In this document: positions 8,616 through 18,284 of the stretch, piece after piece
Layout: every line of letters starts with the position of its first letter
How positions within the stretch are numbered: position 1 is the stretch's first letter
Virus record (IMG/VR): IMGVR_UViG_3300043410_001471
Location: 1 to 64,000 of that record
Source of the DNA: a virus
Strand: one strand, 5' to 3'
Length of the DNA stretch: 64,000 nucleotides
Program-made: the position numbers and the translations under genes
The notes under the pieces: generated by a model
The model's database searches: none
What the model was told of the DNA's origin: nothing
The model's input: the letters and a program-made list of their open reading frames with translations, nothing else

Positions 8616-9089
8616 ATGAAAAGAGTAATAATATTATGGGTATGTATGCTATGGGCACATTATGTAAATGCACAAACCCAATACGAAAACGGATTCAATG
8701 ATGTAACCACATCGGATACTACATTGAATAACTTTATGGCTCATTGGATGAGAAAACCATATAAGTTAGGTGGAAGTACTGAAAGAGGTATCGATTGTTC
8801 TCAATTCACAAAGAGGTTGTATAAGGATGTGTACAATAAACAATTAGCTAATGTAGCATACAAACAATGGAATCAAACTGAAAGGATTAAGAAGGATAGT
8901 TTGATAGTTGGTGATTTAGTATTCTTCAGAAGTAGACAATCTCCATCAGGTTGGCATTGTGGATTGTACATCGGTAACACATATTTCATACATGCATCCA
9001 ATAAAGTGGAAGGTGTTAAGATTAGTAGTTTAAATGAACCTCGATATAGGAAGGCATACAAAGGAGCAGGACGATTAAAAAACAAATAG
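8616..9089 (+). CDS. secreted NlpC/P60 (C40) cell-wall peptidase
   Basis: Signal peptide MKRVIILWVCMLWAHYVNAQ, catalytic GIDCSQF (Cys) and WHCGLYIG (His) motifs. Confidence 0.7.
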   Translation: MKRVIILWVCMLWAHYVNAQTQYENGFNDVTTSDTTLNNFMAHWMRKPYKLGGSTERGIDCSQFTKRLYKDVYNKQLANVAYKQWNQTERIKKDSLIVGDLVFFRSRQSPSGWHCGLYIGNTYFIHASNKVEGVKISSLNEPRYRKAYKGAGRLKNK

Positions 9090-9260
9090 AATGGGATATA
9101 TATTAGTGTTTGGATTGATGTTTGCCATAGTGGCATTGATATCGTGGAGATGGGTAGAGGGTATTGATTACATGCAAAAGAATCATCCGGATTATAAAGG
9201 AGATGATTTTTTGAATTGGGGTGAGGATGATAATGAAGATGATAAAAATCAAATAATGTA
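9090..9260 (+). CDS. small membrane protein (56 aa), holin-like candidate
   Basis: ATG ORF with a hydrophobic N-terminus MGYILVFGLMFAIVALI and an acidic tail; not in the ORF track. Confidence 0.3.
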
Positions 9261-9263
9261 AAT

Positions 9264-9563
9264 ATGAAAAAATTCATTAACCCACTATTAAGATTGGGAA
9301 CTGCTATCGCATTACTAAGTGTAATCTATATGCAAAACAAAGAAATTGAAGAATTAAAAGTTAAAGCTAGTGTAGTATCCGAATCGGTAGCACCATTAGC
9401 CGGTGATGTTAAAATAAGTAATGAAATAGATTCACTACAAAATGAATTATTCAGTACTCAAAATATAAATGGAAGATACGAATTAGCATTAGAACATTTA
9501 TATGAAATTAATCCAAAAGCTGGAAAGCAGTTTGATGAATTTTTAAATAACGAAACCGAATAA
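9264..9563 (+). CDS. membrane-anchored coiled-coil protein
   Basis: N-terminal TM segment LLRLGTAIALLSVIYM. Confidence 0.5.
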   Translation: MKKFINPLLRLGTAIALLSVIYMQNKEIEELKVKASVVSESVAPLAGDVKISNEIDSLQNELFSTQNINGRYELALEHLYEINPKAGKQFDEFLNNETE

Positions 9564-9564
9564 T

Positions 9565-10533
9565 ATGGTTATTAAATTCGTTTTAAATACAAGTCATTTT
9601 TTGGCAGAAGAATCATTTAAAGATGAGATAGTTGAATCATCTAAATTTTATTTTAAAACCAAAGAACATACTTTTATTTTAAACGGAAATGATAACGAAT
9701 CCGATTTTATAGAATTGAATTTTACTAACTTATCAACTATTATAAAAAATGCGGATAGTTTGGATAAGAATAAAAAATATTTTGGATTTTGGTATTATGG
9801 GGAAGGTATGACCAATGAATTAAAGAATTGGAAAACTATTCTTGATATGGGTATAAAAGTATACACATCTACTTGGGAACCTGAATTAATAAATCATCCA
9901 AATTATATTTACGATATTTCATTTTCATTTCATTATTTTAATATATGCAATGGTTCTTGTTATATTGACAGGAATGATATTGAAAGAATTTCATATTCAA
10001 AAAAATATAAGATAGGATTATATGGAATCAGTAAATGGAAACAAGATTCCAAAACTATTAGGAATTGGAGAAATCAATATGTTGAATATTTTGAAAATAA
10101 ATTAGATACAAAGATACTAAGATATGAAAGACCATCGGTATTTGAATTATCTCAAACATTAAGAAATCAGCACTTTTCGGCACCATTTGATTTCATGCAT
10201 TGTAATTACTTCCTAACAGCGGAAACTCATTTTAATTATAAAAATGATTTACCATATTTTACAACTGAAAAAATATTAAAAGGTGCTTGGCTTGAATTAT
10301 TTGATATAAATTCTATGTTGATAACTTCGCCAATGCATATGAAAGATTTACACGATGCTGGATTTAAATTTGCTAATTCAAAATACATAACCGAATACAC
10401 ATCCGAATCCATTATGAATTCTTTGTTTGAATGTTATGAATCCGATGAAATAACAAATACAAATAATTTGGAAGTAGTTAATAAGATATTATCAGAAAAC
10501 ATATTCAACAAACACAATATATTATGGACGTAG
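9565..10533 (+). CDS. hypothetical protein
   Basis: 322-aa ORF. Confidence 0.55.
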   Translation: MVIKFVLNTSHFLAEESFKDEIVESSKFYFKTKEHTFILNGNDNESDFIELNFTNLSTIIKNADSLDKNKKYFGFWYYGEGMTNELKNWKTILDMGIKVYTSTWEPELINHPNYIYDISFSFHYFNICNGSCYIDRNDIERISYSKKYKIGLYGISKWKQDSKTIRNWRNQYVEYFENKLDTKILRYERPSVFELSQTLRNQHFSAPFDFMHCNYFLTAETHFNYKNDLPYFTTEKILKGAWLELFDINSMLITSPMHMKDLHDAGFKFANSKYITEYTSESIMNSLFECYESDEITNTNNLEVVNKILSENIFNKHNILWT

Positions 10534-10695
10534 AACAATTTACAGCAATTAAAAAATTATTGGAAGAGATTCGAGATTTATTAAAAGAGCAACAATCCAA
10601 TCAGCAACCTCAAACCAAAATTACAGTTGTTGGCAATAAACCACAAACGCAGGTCCCAAAAGGGTTAAAAAGTGATGAAGATTTCCAATTTTAGG
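10525..10695 (+). CDS. small hypothetical protein (56 aa)
   Basis: ATG ORF MDVEQFTAIKKLLEEIRDLL... overlapping the upstream stop codon. Confidence 0.3.
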
Positions 10696-10720
10696 GGATT
10701 TTTATAACTAATTGATAATC

Positions 10721-10749
10721 AAAGACTTACATATGTAGGTCTTTTTTTA
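10721..10749 (+). terminator. intrinsic terminator
   Basis: AGACTTACATATGTAGGTCT hairpin followed by T7. Confidence 0.5.
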
Positions 10750-10808
10750 TGCCTAATTAGTTGATTTTCAACGATTTATAACTTTTTTTAAAAATAATTC
10801 AATAAAAG

Positions 10809-10840
10809 TTTGGCAATATGGGAATTTATTCGTATATTGT
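10809..10840 (+). promoter_or_regulatory. Bacteroidota-type promoter within the conserved cassette AAAATAATTnAnAAAAGTTTGGCAATAT
   Basis: TTTG at 10809-10812 and TATATTGT at 10833-10840 with 20-bp spacing; the cassette repeats at 13300, 40590, 39560 and 23020. Confidence 0.5.
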
Positions 10841-10888
10841 GAAACAATTGAGATTTAAACAATTATAAACACATAAAATTTCCGAGCT

Positions 10889-13168
10889 ATGAGTTTTTTC
10901 AACAAATTTAAGGGTAACGATTCAAAGAAATCAGTTAGTTCCTTTTGGTATGATGAATACAATACATCATACGATTATTTAGACCAGTATTCTGATATGG
11001 ATTCAGATACTTTAAAGGCATTTAAGAAAACCAATGACCTTTACAAATTATCTGCAACTCGAAGAGCTATCGCCAACTTCGTTCAGATTGTAACACAAAA
11101 GAACATTCCTGTTACTTTTGCCAGTAAATCAGATTCTAAAACCGATGGTGAACGAGTTATCCTTTCCGCTGATGTGGATGATAACTTTGATGTTTCCGTA
11201 GGTTTAGCATTGCACGAAGGTTCTCACATCTTACTTTCTGACTTTAAATTGTTAGAGGAAATGAGTAGTGTGTTTGATAAAGTTCATTGGGTTTATTCTA
11301 AAGCCAAATATGAGAATGAGATTTCAGTAGCAAATGGTACTGCTATCGTATGGGATAATGAGAAAATAGTGAATACTATTATTGGTGTTATTTCTACATT
11401 CAAATACCACAAAGGGTTTTCGGAAATGTATTTACCAACAGGTAAGATTGGTTCTAAAGGTAAATTAACTAAAGAGGTTAAGGATTTGATTGGTGGATTA
11501 ACCAATTGGATTGAGGACCGTAGAATTGACTATCACATTTTCACTTCAGCACCGGGTTATAGAGAGTATTACACATCTATGTACGACCACTACTTTAATG
11601 ATAAAATGATTACTAAAGGTATCATTTCAGATGAGTATACTGATGAGGATTTTGAATCATACATGTTTCGTATTATTAACTTACACAATGAGAAAACCGA
11701 TTTGAGTAAGTTGAAAGGTTTACGAGCTATCTATCGTATGATTAACTTAAACGACATCAAGCGTTTAAAGAATACCGAAGATGCTTTTATGTTGGCAATC
11801 GATGTGGTTTCTGAAATTCTTAAATATGTACCAATGGGTGGTGAAGGTGATTTGAACAAAGAGAAATCATCCGATGGACAATCCAATGGTGAGCAAGATG
11901 AAGAATCAACTGAAGGACAAGGACAAGGTGGTGACGCCGGTGAAGAAAAGAATGATTCGCAAGGTGGTGCTAATGCCAGTTCAGAAGGTATTGAGGGTGA
12001 GCAAACCGATTCGGATTCCAATTCAGAATCTGCTCCAACTGCAGGTGATGTTAATGGTAAGGATACAATGAGTAAAGCAGCTCAATCACAATTGGCTAAG
12101 AAATTCAAAAAACAAAAGGATTTCTTAAACGATGCTATTAAGAAGAAAAAACTTCAAAAGGGTGAAATTGATAAATTGGATAACATTGCCGCTTCTGATA
12201 CTGAATTGGTTCGTGTAGGTTCTGATTACCAAGACCAATATGGTAATACCATTGGTAAAGGTGTGGATTGTATCGTAGTTAAGAATCTTACTGATTCCCT
12301 AATTAATGATGAGGCATTCCCATTCAGTTACATTGATTACAAAACTAAGGAAGCTCAACGATGGGCTGAAAGTGAGGTTCGTAAAGGTGTTACATTGGGT
12401 ACATTGTTAGGTAAAAAATTGCAAGTTCGTAATGAGAGTAGAGAGACTGTTTATTCTCGTCTTACTAAAGGTAAGATTGATGGTAGAATGGTTGCTTCGT
12501 TGGGATACGATAATGAGAATGTGTTCTATTCTAAAGAGGTTGACCAATTTAAGAAAGCTAACTTACACATCTCTATTGATTATTCTGGCTCAATGAGTGG
12601 TGAAAAGTTACGAAGAGCAATCACTTCGACTGTGGCAATTGTTAAGGCTTGTGAAATGGCTCGTAACATCAATGTTCAGGTATCGATTCGTTCTACTGAT
12701 AATGGGTCTCGTTGTTTACCTTACATCGCTGTTGTATACGATTCTCGTAAATCCAACTTCAAAAAGTTTTGTAAATATATGAGTATCTTACGAGCTAATA
12801 ACACTACACCAGAAGGTTTATGTTTTGAAGCAATTCAGAAGCAATTGATTCCATCTAATAACGAATCGGATTCATACTTCTTAAACTTCTCCGATGGTGA
12901 ACCTTGCTACTCTATTAACAATGGTGGTGATGATATTTACTATCGTGGTGAGGCAGCAGCTAAACACACTCGTAAGCAAGTTAAGAGAATGCAAGATGCT
13001 GGTATCAATACATTATCGTATTTCATTACCGATTATAGTGGTGATATCAAACATACAACCGCTTGGAAATTATTCGAACAATGTTATGGTAAAGGTGCTA
13101 AATCAGTAAATGTAGAGAATATGTTTGAGGTAGCAAAAACGATGAACGAATTGTTCTTAACAAAATAG
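10889..13168 (+). CDS. vWA-domain protein (CobT-like), with an acidic Gly/Ser/Glu-rich linker
   Basis: C-terminal MIDAS motif SIDYSGSMSG; partner of the downstream AAA+ gene. Confidence 0.75.
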   Translation: MSFFNKFKGNDSKKSVSSFWYDEYNTSYDYLDQYSDMDSDTLKAFKKTNDLYKLSATRRAIANFVQIVTQKNIPVTFASKSDSKTDGERVILSADVDDNFDVSVGLALHEGSHILLSDFKLLEEMSSVFDKVHWVYSKAKYENEISVANGTAIVWDNEKIVNTIIGVISTFKYHKGFSEMYLPTGKIGSKGKLTKEVKDLIGGLTNWIEDRRIDYHIFTSAPGYREYYTSMYDHYFNDKMITKGIISDEYTDEDFESYMFRIINLHNEKTDLSKLKGLRAIYRMINLNDIKRLKNTEDAFMLAIDVVSEILKYVPMGGEGDLNKEKSSDGQSNGEQDEESTEGQGQGGDAGEEKNDSQGGANASSEGIEGEQTDSDSNSESAPTAGDVNGKDTMSKAAQSQLAKKFKKQKDFLNDAIKKKKLQKGEIDKLDNIAASDTELVRVGSDYQDQYGNTIGKGVDCIVVKNLTDSLINDEAFPFSYIDYKTKEAQRWAESEVRKGVTLGTLLGKKLQVRNESRETVYSRLTKGKIDGRMVASLGYDNENVFYSKEVDQFKKANLHISIDYSGSMSGEKLRRAITSTVAIVKACEMARNINVQVSIRSTDNGSRCLPYIAVVYDSRKSNFKKFCKYMSILRANNTTPEGLCFEAIQKQLIPSNNESDSYFLNFSDGEPCYSINNGGDDIYYRGEAAAKHTRKQVKRMQDAGINTLSYFITDYSGDIKHTTAWKLFEQCYGKGAKSVNVENMFEVAKTMNELFLTK

Positions 13169-13314
13169 GCTCGGAAAGCCCGTGATTTAGGGGTGAAAAT
13201 CCCCTATTTCACAACTTATTGATAATCAATCACTTATAAATGGGGGTTTTTTGGGACACATAACTCATTGATAATCAATCAACTAAAAATATTTTAAAAA
13301 TAATTGATAAAATG

Positions 13315-13346
13315 TTTGGCAATATCGAAATTTCTTCGTATATTGT
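13315..13346 (+). promoter_or_regulatory. Bacteroidota-type promoter (conserved cassette)
   Basis: TTTGGCAATATCG...CGTATATTGTG, 21-bp spacing. Confidence 0.5.
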
Positions 13347-13412
13347 GTAAACAATTGAGGGAGATAGTTCCCCAATCTGAATTTTAAACTTTAAACATTA
13401 AATTATACCATT

Positions 13413-14651
13413 ATGGCTACTACCAAAGTAAACAAAAGTAAAAAAGATTTAAATATTGGTTTTACCAACGAAATCTACAAAGTGATTCAAGTAGGTCGTT
13501 CATTCGCTATGTTGACTACTGATGACAAATCGGTAACTAAAGTTGCCGGAGTAACTAAAGCTCGTATGAAAAACGCCTTAGCTGATAATAAAGCTATTCA
13601 GGGTTATATCGGTAAGACGGGTAAATTAACCTACAAATTAGTTGAGATGGATGAGTTCAAAAAGTTAGCACATTCTACTGAAGAAGTTAAAGCTGAATCG
13701 GTGCATGAGGCATTCGAAACACATGAGGCTTTGAAATCATTCATTCACGACAAAGGTTACGATTTCAAACCGAAAGGTTTATTTATGGACCAATTAAAGT
13801 GGAAATACTTACTTCGTTCAGCAGTTCGTGGTAAGAACATTATGATGGTTGGACCGACTGGTTGTGGTAAAACATTGGCCGCTCAATCATTGGTTAAATC
13901 ACTTAACCGACCTGATTTCTACTTTAACTTAGGTGCTACGCAGGACCCGAGAGCAACTTTAATTGGTAATACTCACTTCGATAAAGTAAAGGGTACATTC
14001 TTTAGTGAATCAGCATTCGTTAAGGCGATTAAAACTCCAAACTCAATTATCTTATTAGATGAGATATCTCGTGCTCATCCAGAAGCTTGGAACATCTTAA
14101 TGACTGTGTTAGACCAGGGACAACGATACCTTCGTTTGGATGAGGCTGAAGGTTCACCAATCGTTAAGGTTGCTAGTGGTGTTACATTTATCGCTACGGC
14201 TAACATCGGTAACGATTATACATCGACTCGTATTATGGACCGTGCGATGATGGACCGATTCGTTCAAATTGAGATGGACTTGTTAGATAAACAATCAGAG
14301 TTCGATTTGTTAAAACTTATTTATCCTGAAGCTGATGAGTATTCATTAAACGCTTTAGCTGAAATCGCTTCTACAACGCGTGAGTTAGTTAAGACTGATG
14401 CCAGTAAGGTATCAACAATCGTATCGACTCGTGCTAATGTTGAGGCGGCTGGTTTAATCTACGATGGATTCACATTGATGGAGGCAGCTGATATCGCTAT
14501 CTTACCTTACTTCTCTAACGATGGAGGTTTAGATTCAGAGCGTGTGTTTATGAAGCAATTAGTTCAGAAATATATTAAGACTGATTCATCCGATGATAAA
14601 CTTTTCAATGAAGTTAAGGATGAACAAAATGAAGATACTATCGTGTGGTAG
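13413..14651 (+). CDS. AAA+ ATPase, MoxR/CobS-like
   Basis: Walker A GPTGCGKT, Walker B ILLDEISRA, sensor region NILMTVLDQGQRY. Confidence 0.8.
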   Translation: MATTKVNKSKKDLNIGFTNEIYKVIQVGRSFAMLTTDDKSVTKVAGVTKARMKNALADNKAIQGYIGKTGKLTYKLVEMDEFKKLAHSTEEVKAESVHEAFETHEALKSFIHDKGYDFKPKGLFMDQLKWKYLLRSAVRGKNIMMVGPTGCGKTLAAQSLVKSLNRPDFYFNLGATQDPRATLIGNTHFDKVKGTFFSESAFVKAIKTPNSIILLDEISRAHPEAWNILMTVLDQGQRYLRLDEAEGSPIVKVASGVTFIATANIGNDYTSTRIMDRAMMDRFVQIEMDLLDKQSEFDLLKLIYPEADEYSLNALAEIASTTRELVKTDASKVSTIVSTRANVEAAGLIYDGFTLMEAADIAILPYFSNDGGLDSERVFMKQLVQKYIKTDSSDDKLFNEVKDEQNEDTIVW

Positions 14652-14672
14652 TGGTAGTTTAATGGTGAATAA

Positions 14673-14704
14673 GGGGGAGAAAGAAATTTCTCCCTTTTTA
14701 TTTT
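14673..14704 (+). terminator. intrinsic terminator
   Basis: GGGAGA-AAGAAATT-TCTCCC hairpin followed by TTTTTATTTT. Confidence 0.6.
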
Positions 14705-14767
14705 GAATTATCAGAAAAATTTTGTATATTGTAGAACATTAAATAATAAACTTTAAAATTTGAAATT

Positions 14768-15226
14768 ATGGGATTAGACATGTATTTAAGTAAAAAGAAT
14801 TATATCAGACAAGGTGAATGGTATAAGCCAGAAGTTGTTAATGAGGTTATCGTTAAAACAGGTGGTGAGATTGATACTCGCATCAAACCCGAAAGAGTTA
14901 AGTATGTAGTTGAGGAAGTTGGATATTGGCGTAAGGCTAATCAAATCCATCGTTGGTTCGTTGAGAATGTTCAGAATGGTATCGATGAATGCCAGAGTTC
15001 GTATGTGAGTAGAGATAAGTTGCAGGACTTATTGGAAGTGTGTAAGCAAGTTAAGGAAGATAATTCCAAAGCTGCAGAATTGTTACCATCGGCTAGTGGG
15101 TTCTTCTTCGGTGGAACTGAATATGATGAGTGGTATTTCAATGATATTGATAATACAATCAAAATCATTGAGGATTGTTTATCGGATGAATACGCTGATG
15201 ACTTCGAATATATGGCAAGTTGGTAA
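14768..15226 (+). CDS. hypothetical acidic protein
   Basis: 152-aa ORF. Confidence 0.55.
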   Translation: MGLDMYLSKKNYIRQGEWYKPEVVNEVIVKTGGEIDTRIKPERVKYVVEEVGYWRKANQIHRWFVENVQNGIDECQSSYVSRDKLQDLLEVCKQVKEDNSKAAELLPSASGFFFGGTEYDEWYFNDIDNTIKIIEDCLSDEYADDFEYMASW

Positions 15227-15254
15227 TAGTAATTAACATTTAAATTTATAAATT

Positions 15255-15497
15255 ATGAGTTACATTAATGTAGATGTGGATATTGATGATGTTTTATCAA
15301 GTATGACACATAGAGAAAAGCAAGAGTTGGTAGATGACCTATATGCGGATGGTTATATAGCTAAAAAGGATGACTCTGAAAAGAGTACCGATGATGAATG
15401 GAATGAGCAAGTTCATAAACTATTTAATAACAAATGGAGGTTATCCAAAGAAGATGAGGAAACAATTTTAAAAATAACAAACAAAATCATTTCGTAA
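15255..15497 (+). CDS. hypothetical acidic protein
   Basis: 80-aa ORF. Confidence 0.5.
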   Translation: MSYINVDVDIDDVLSSMTHREKQELVDDLYADGYIAKKDDSEKSTDDEWNEQVHKLFNNKWRLSKEDEETILKITNKIIS

Positions 15498-15874
15498 TGA
15501 AAGAAGCATTAAAAAAAGTATTTAACCCAAAGGTGTTAGGACCTTTGTTCGTATTGTTAGGGGTGTTATTCGTATTTGAATACATTATCTATCCGGGTCT
15601 AACTGCGGCCAGTACTATTACTAATATTATTTCAGTAGTAGTTGCTATTATATCAGGAGCATTCACTTATTTCTATTTAGATAACCTATTCGATGGTGGT
15701 TTAATAGATAAAGATGAATTGAAAGAAGCTGAACGAATGTTGAAAGAAAAAGAATTAGGTGAAACGGAGTTGGATTATGTACCAAAGCCAAAACGCAAAT
15801 CCTCAAAGAAATCAGAATTTCCGATTGAAGCACATAGTAAAACTTTAAAATCAACTAAAAATAAAACAAAGTAA
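15497..15874 (+). CDS. membrane protein with a basic tail
   Basis: Two predicted TM segments, C-terminal KPKRKSSKK. Confidence 0.5.
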   Translation: MKEALKKVFNPKVLGPLFVLLGVLFVFEYIIYPGLTAASTITNIISVVVAIISGAFTYFYLDNLFDGGLIDKDELKEAERMLKEKELGETELDYVPKPKRKSSKKSEFPIEAHSKTLKSTKNKTK

Positions 15875-15875
15875 T

Positions 15876-16805
15876 ATGGGTATTTACGAAACATTTGAAG
15901 AAAGATACGCTAAGCAAGAGGTTGAGCGTCAAAAGCAATTAGAAGAATATAAATTAAAACAACAACTAAAATTTAAAAAAATGACAAAGTTAATTGGTGG
16001 TGGAATTGTAGCATTATTTTTATCAATCTTTTTATTAAAATCATGCGAAAGGATTGATGCAGGACATGTAGGTGTTAAAGTGAATCAGTATGGTGATAAC
16101 AAAGGTGTAGATGATGTAGTAGCAGTTACCGGTATGGTATTCTACAATCCACTTACAACGACTGTATATGAGTTCCCTACATTCATTCAACATAAGGAAT
16201 ACAAAGGTGAGAATTCATTCATTGTAAACTCAAAGGATGGTTCGGAGTTTAGTGTATCTCCTATTATGAACTATTCAGTACAACGAGAGAAAGTTCCGGC
16301 AATCTTTAGTAAGTATCGTAGACCATTGGAAGATATCGAAGAAGGTTTCTTAAAAACAGCAGTATACGATGCATTCAGATTGGCAACTAACAAATATACG
16401 GCTGATGAATTGATTAGTAATAGAGCAGTATTCGAAGTAGAGGTTCGTAGATTATTGGATAACGCTTTGTTAAAAGAGGGATTTGTAATCAATCAGTTCA
16501 CATCTAATTTGATTTATCCTGAAACATTCAAACGCTCTATCGAAGCTAAGAACAACGCAGTTCAGGCAGCATTAAGAGCAGAGAACGAAGTTAAAACGGC
16601 TGAAGCACAGGCTAAGATTAAAGTAGCAACCGCTGAAGGTAATGCACAGGCATTATTAACATCCGCTAAGGCTGAAGCTGAAGCTAATAGTTTAAAACAA
16701 AAAACATTGACACCATTGTTATTACAATTAGAGTACATTAACAAATGGGATGGTAAGTTGCCAGTTTATGGTACTGTACCACAAATGTTTAAGAATATTA
16801 ACTAA
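15876..16805 (+). CDS. SPFH/band-7 (stomatin/prohibitin-like) membrane protein
   Basis: N-terminal TM segment, then SPFH-like core and an Ala/Glu/Lys-rich coiled coil (EAKNNAVQAALRAENEVKTAEAQAKIKVATAEG). Confidence 0.7.
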   Translation: MGIYETFEERYAKQEVERQKQLEEYKLKQQLKFKKMTKLIGGGIVALFLSIFLLKSCERIDAGHVGVKVNQYGDNKGVDDVVAVTGMVFYNPLTTTVYEFPTFIQHKEYKGENSFIVNSKDGSEFSVSPIMNYSVQREKVPAIFSKYRRPLEDIEEGFLKTAVYDAFRLATNKYTADELISNRAVFEVEVRRLLDNALLKEGFVINQFTSNLIYPETFKRSIEAKNNAVQAALRAENEVKTAEAQAKIKVATAEGNAQALLTSAKAEAEANSLKQKTLTPLLLQLEYINKWDGKLPVYGTVPQMFKNIN

Positions 16806-16848
16806 GATAGTTTGGAACGAGTAGGGGTTCGATTCCCCTACTATCTTC
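16804..16848 (+). other. tRNA-like minihelix (acceptor stem plus T arm only)
   Basis: AAGATAG/CTATCTT 7-bp stem around TAGGGG-TTCGATT-CCCCTA; overlaps the SPFH stop codon. Confidence 0.4.
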
Positions 16849-16869
16849 TCACAATTAAAACTTAAAATT

Positions 16870-17130
16870 ATGATTACCTTTAACGATTTAAAATTTGAAA
16901 AGTGGCCTGATATGGGTGGTATTTTTTGCCGTATCCAATTTGAAAATGGATGGGGAGCTAGTATTGTAAAACATCAATATTCCTACGGAGGACCGAATGG
17001 ATTATATGAGTTGGCAGTATTGGATAGTAATGGTGAGCTATCGTATGAGAGTCCTATTACGGATGATGTGTTGGGTTATTTATCGGAAGATGATGTAGCT
17101 CGTTATGTAAATGAAATTAAAAACTTATAA
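16870..17130 (+). CDS. hypothetical protein
   Basis: 86-aa ORF. Confidence 0.5.
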   Translation: MITFNDLKFEKWPDMGGIFCRIQFENGWGASIVKHQYSYGGPNGLYELAVLDSNGELSYESPITDDVLGYLSEDDVARYVNEIKNL

Positions 17131-17713
17131 GATGAAAGTTATATTTTTAGACCACGATGGAGTTATTTGTTTATCTTCAGAGTTTGGTGGTCGTTTTAAG
17201 AAACAAAGAGAAGCAATGAGAAAGTTATCACAAAGTGTGATGAGCTTGCCGGTTGATGCTCGATTCGATAATTTTAATAAGAAAGCAATTGATGTATTAA
17301 ATGAGATATTGGAAGAAACAAATGCTAATGTTGTTGTCTCATCTGATTGGAAAAGATGGGCAAGTGTTGAGGAGATGGGTGAGTATTATGAATCACAGGG
17401 CATCAAAACGAAACCAATAGGGTTTACCAAATCAATAAACGATTGTGAAGTACCAGAAGATTTCAGCTTCTCTCGTCAATTCGATTTAGAACAAGAAAGG
17501 CACTTTGAAATTCTACAATACCTAAAAGATAATCCACAAATTACACATTGGGTTGCAGTGGATGACTTGAATATGGGTAAGGTTCAGAAGCATGAAAGTT
17601 GGGGTGATATGGAATTGGATTGGGGATTGGATAACTTTGTTCATACACCCAGAGTTAGAGAAGGGATTAAACAAAGTGGAATCAAAGAAAAGATTGTATC
17701 ATTTTTAAAGTAA
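17111..17713 (+). CDS. HAD-superfamily hydrolase (phosphatase-like)
   Basis: N-terminal motif I FLDHDGV; later VVSSDWK and VAVDDL. Confidence 0.5.
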   Translation: MKLKTYKMKVIFLDHDGVICLSSEFGGRFKKQREAMRKLSQSVMSLPVDARFDNFNKKAIDVLNEILEETNANVVVSSDWKRWASVEEMGEYYESQGIKTKPIGFTKSINDCEVPEDFSFSRQFDLEQERHFEILQYLKDNPQITHWVAVDDLNMGKVQKHESWGDMELDWGLDNFVHTPRVREGIKQSGIKEKIVSFLK

Positions 17714-17717
17714 CATT

Positions 17718-18119
17718 ATGGCAATATTCGCAGGTACAAAGAGAAACAAATATACCAAAGAGAAAGTTAGGGATTTACGCATGAAGCGAATGTTATCCAA
17801 ACCAAAGCAAGAAGATATAACGCAGGAGTTTTGGGATAGGAAGTTGGGTAAGTTACAAGCTGCCGGTCATCTTAAATTGGGTGGGTTCTCTAAATTAGAA
17901 ACAACGCTTGAAAGAACGCATGATATTCTTTTTAAAGATACAGCGATTTTCAAAAAGCATAAGATTGAATTCACTACAATATTACGGGATGGTTTGCATG
18001 GAGATGCTCCACATCTAACTGGGTATTTAGAATCGGCATCCAACGCTGATAAGAAGCCATATCGAATTAAGGGATGGTTTAATGAGGATGGTACAATTCG
18101 TTTGGAATTGGTTGAATAA
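17718..18119 (+). CDS. hypothetical protein
   Basis: 133-aa ORF. Confidence 0.5.
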   Translation: MAIFAGTKRNKYTKEKVRDLRMKRMLSKPKQEDITQEFWDRKLGKLQAAGHLKLGGFSKLETTLERTHDILFKDTAIFKKHKIEFTTILRDGLHGDAPHLTGYLESASNADKKPYRIKGWFNEDGTIRLELVE

Positions 18120-18284
18120 TATATAGTTTTTTTGTAATATGTACCCCAAAATAGGGGGTCTACTAACCCATTGATAATCAATTAGTTATAAAACATTGAT
18201 TTTCAATGGGTTATGTGTATATAAAAGTTTTTTATTGAGTATCAACGAGTTAGGTTTTGACCCCCAAAAATAATACCCTAAATA

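Noticed and set aside
11830-12060. Acidic Gly/Ser/Glu/Asp-rich stretch in the vWA protein as a separate repeat element
   Set aside because: It is in frame and continuous with the vWA ORF, so it was interpreted as a disordered linker of the protein rather than a DNA-level feature.
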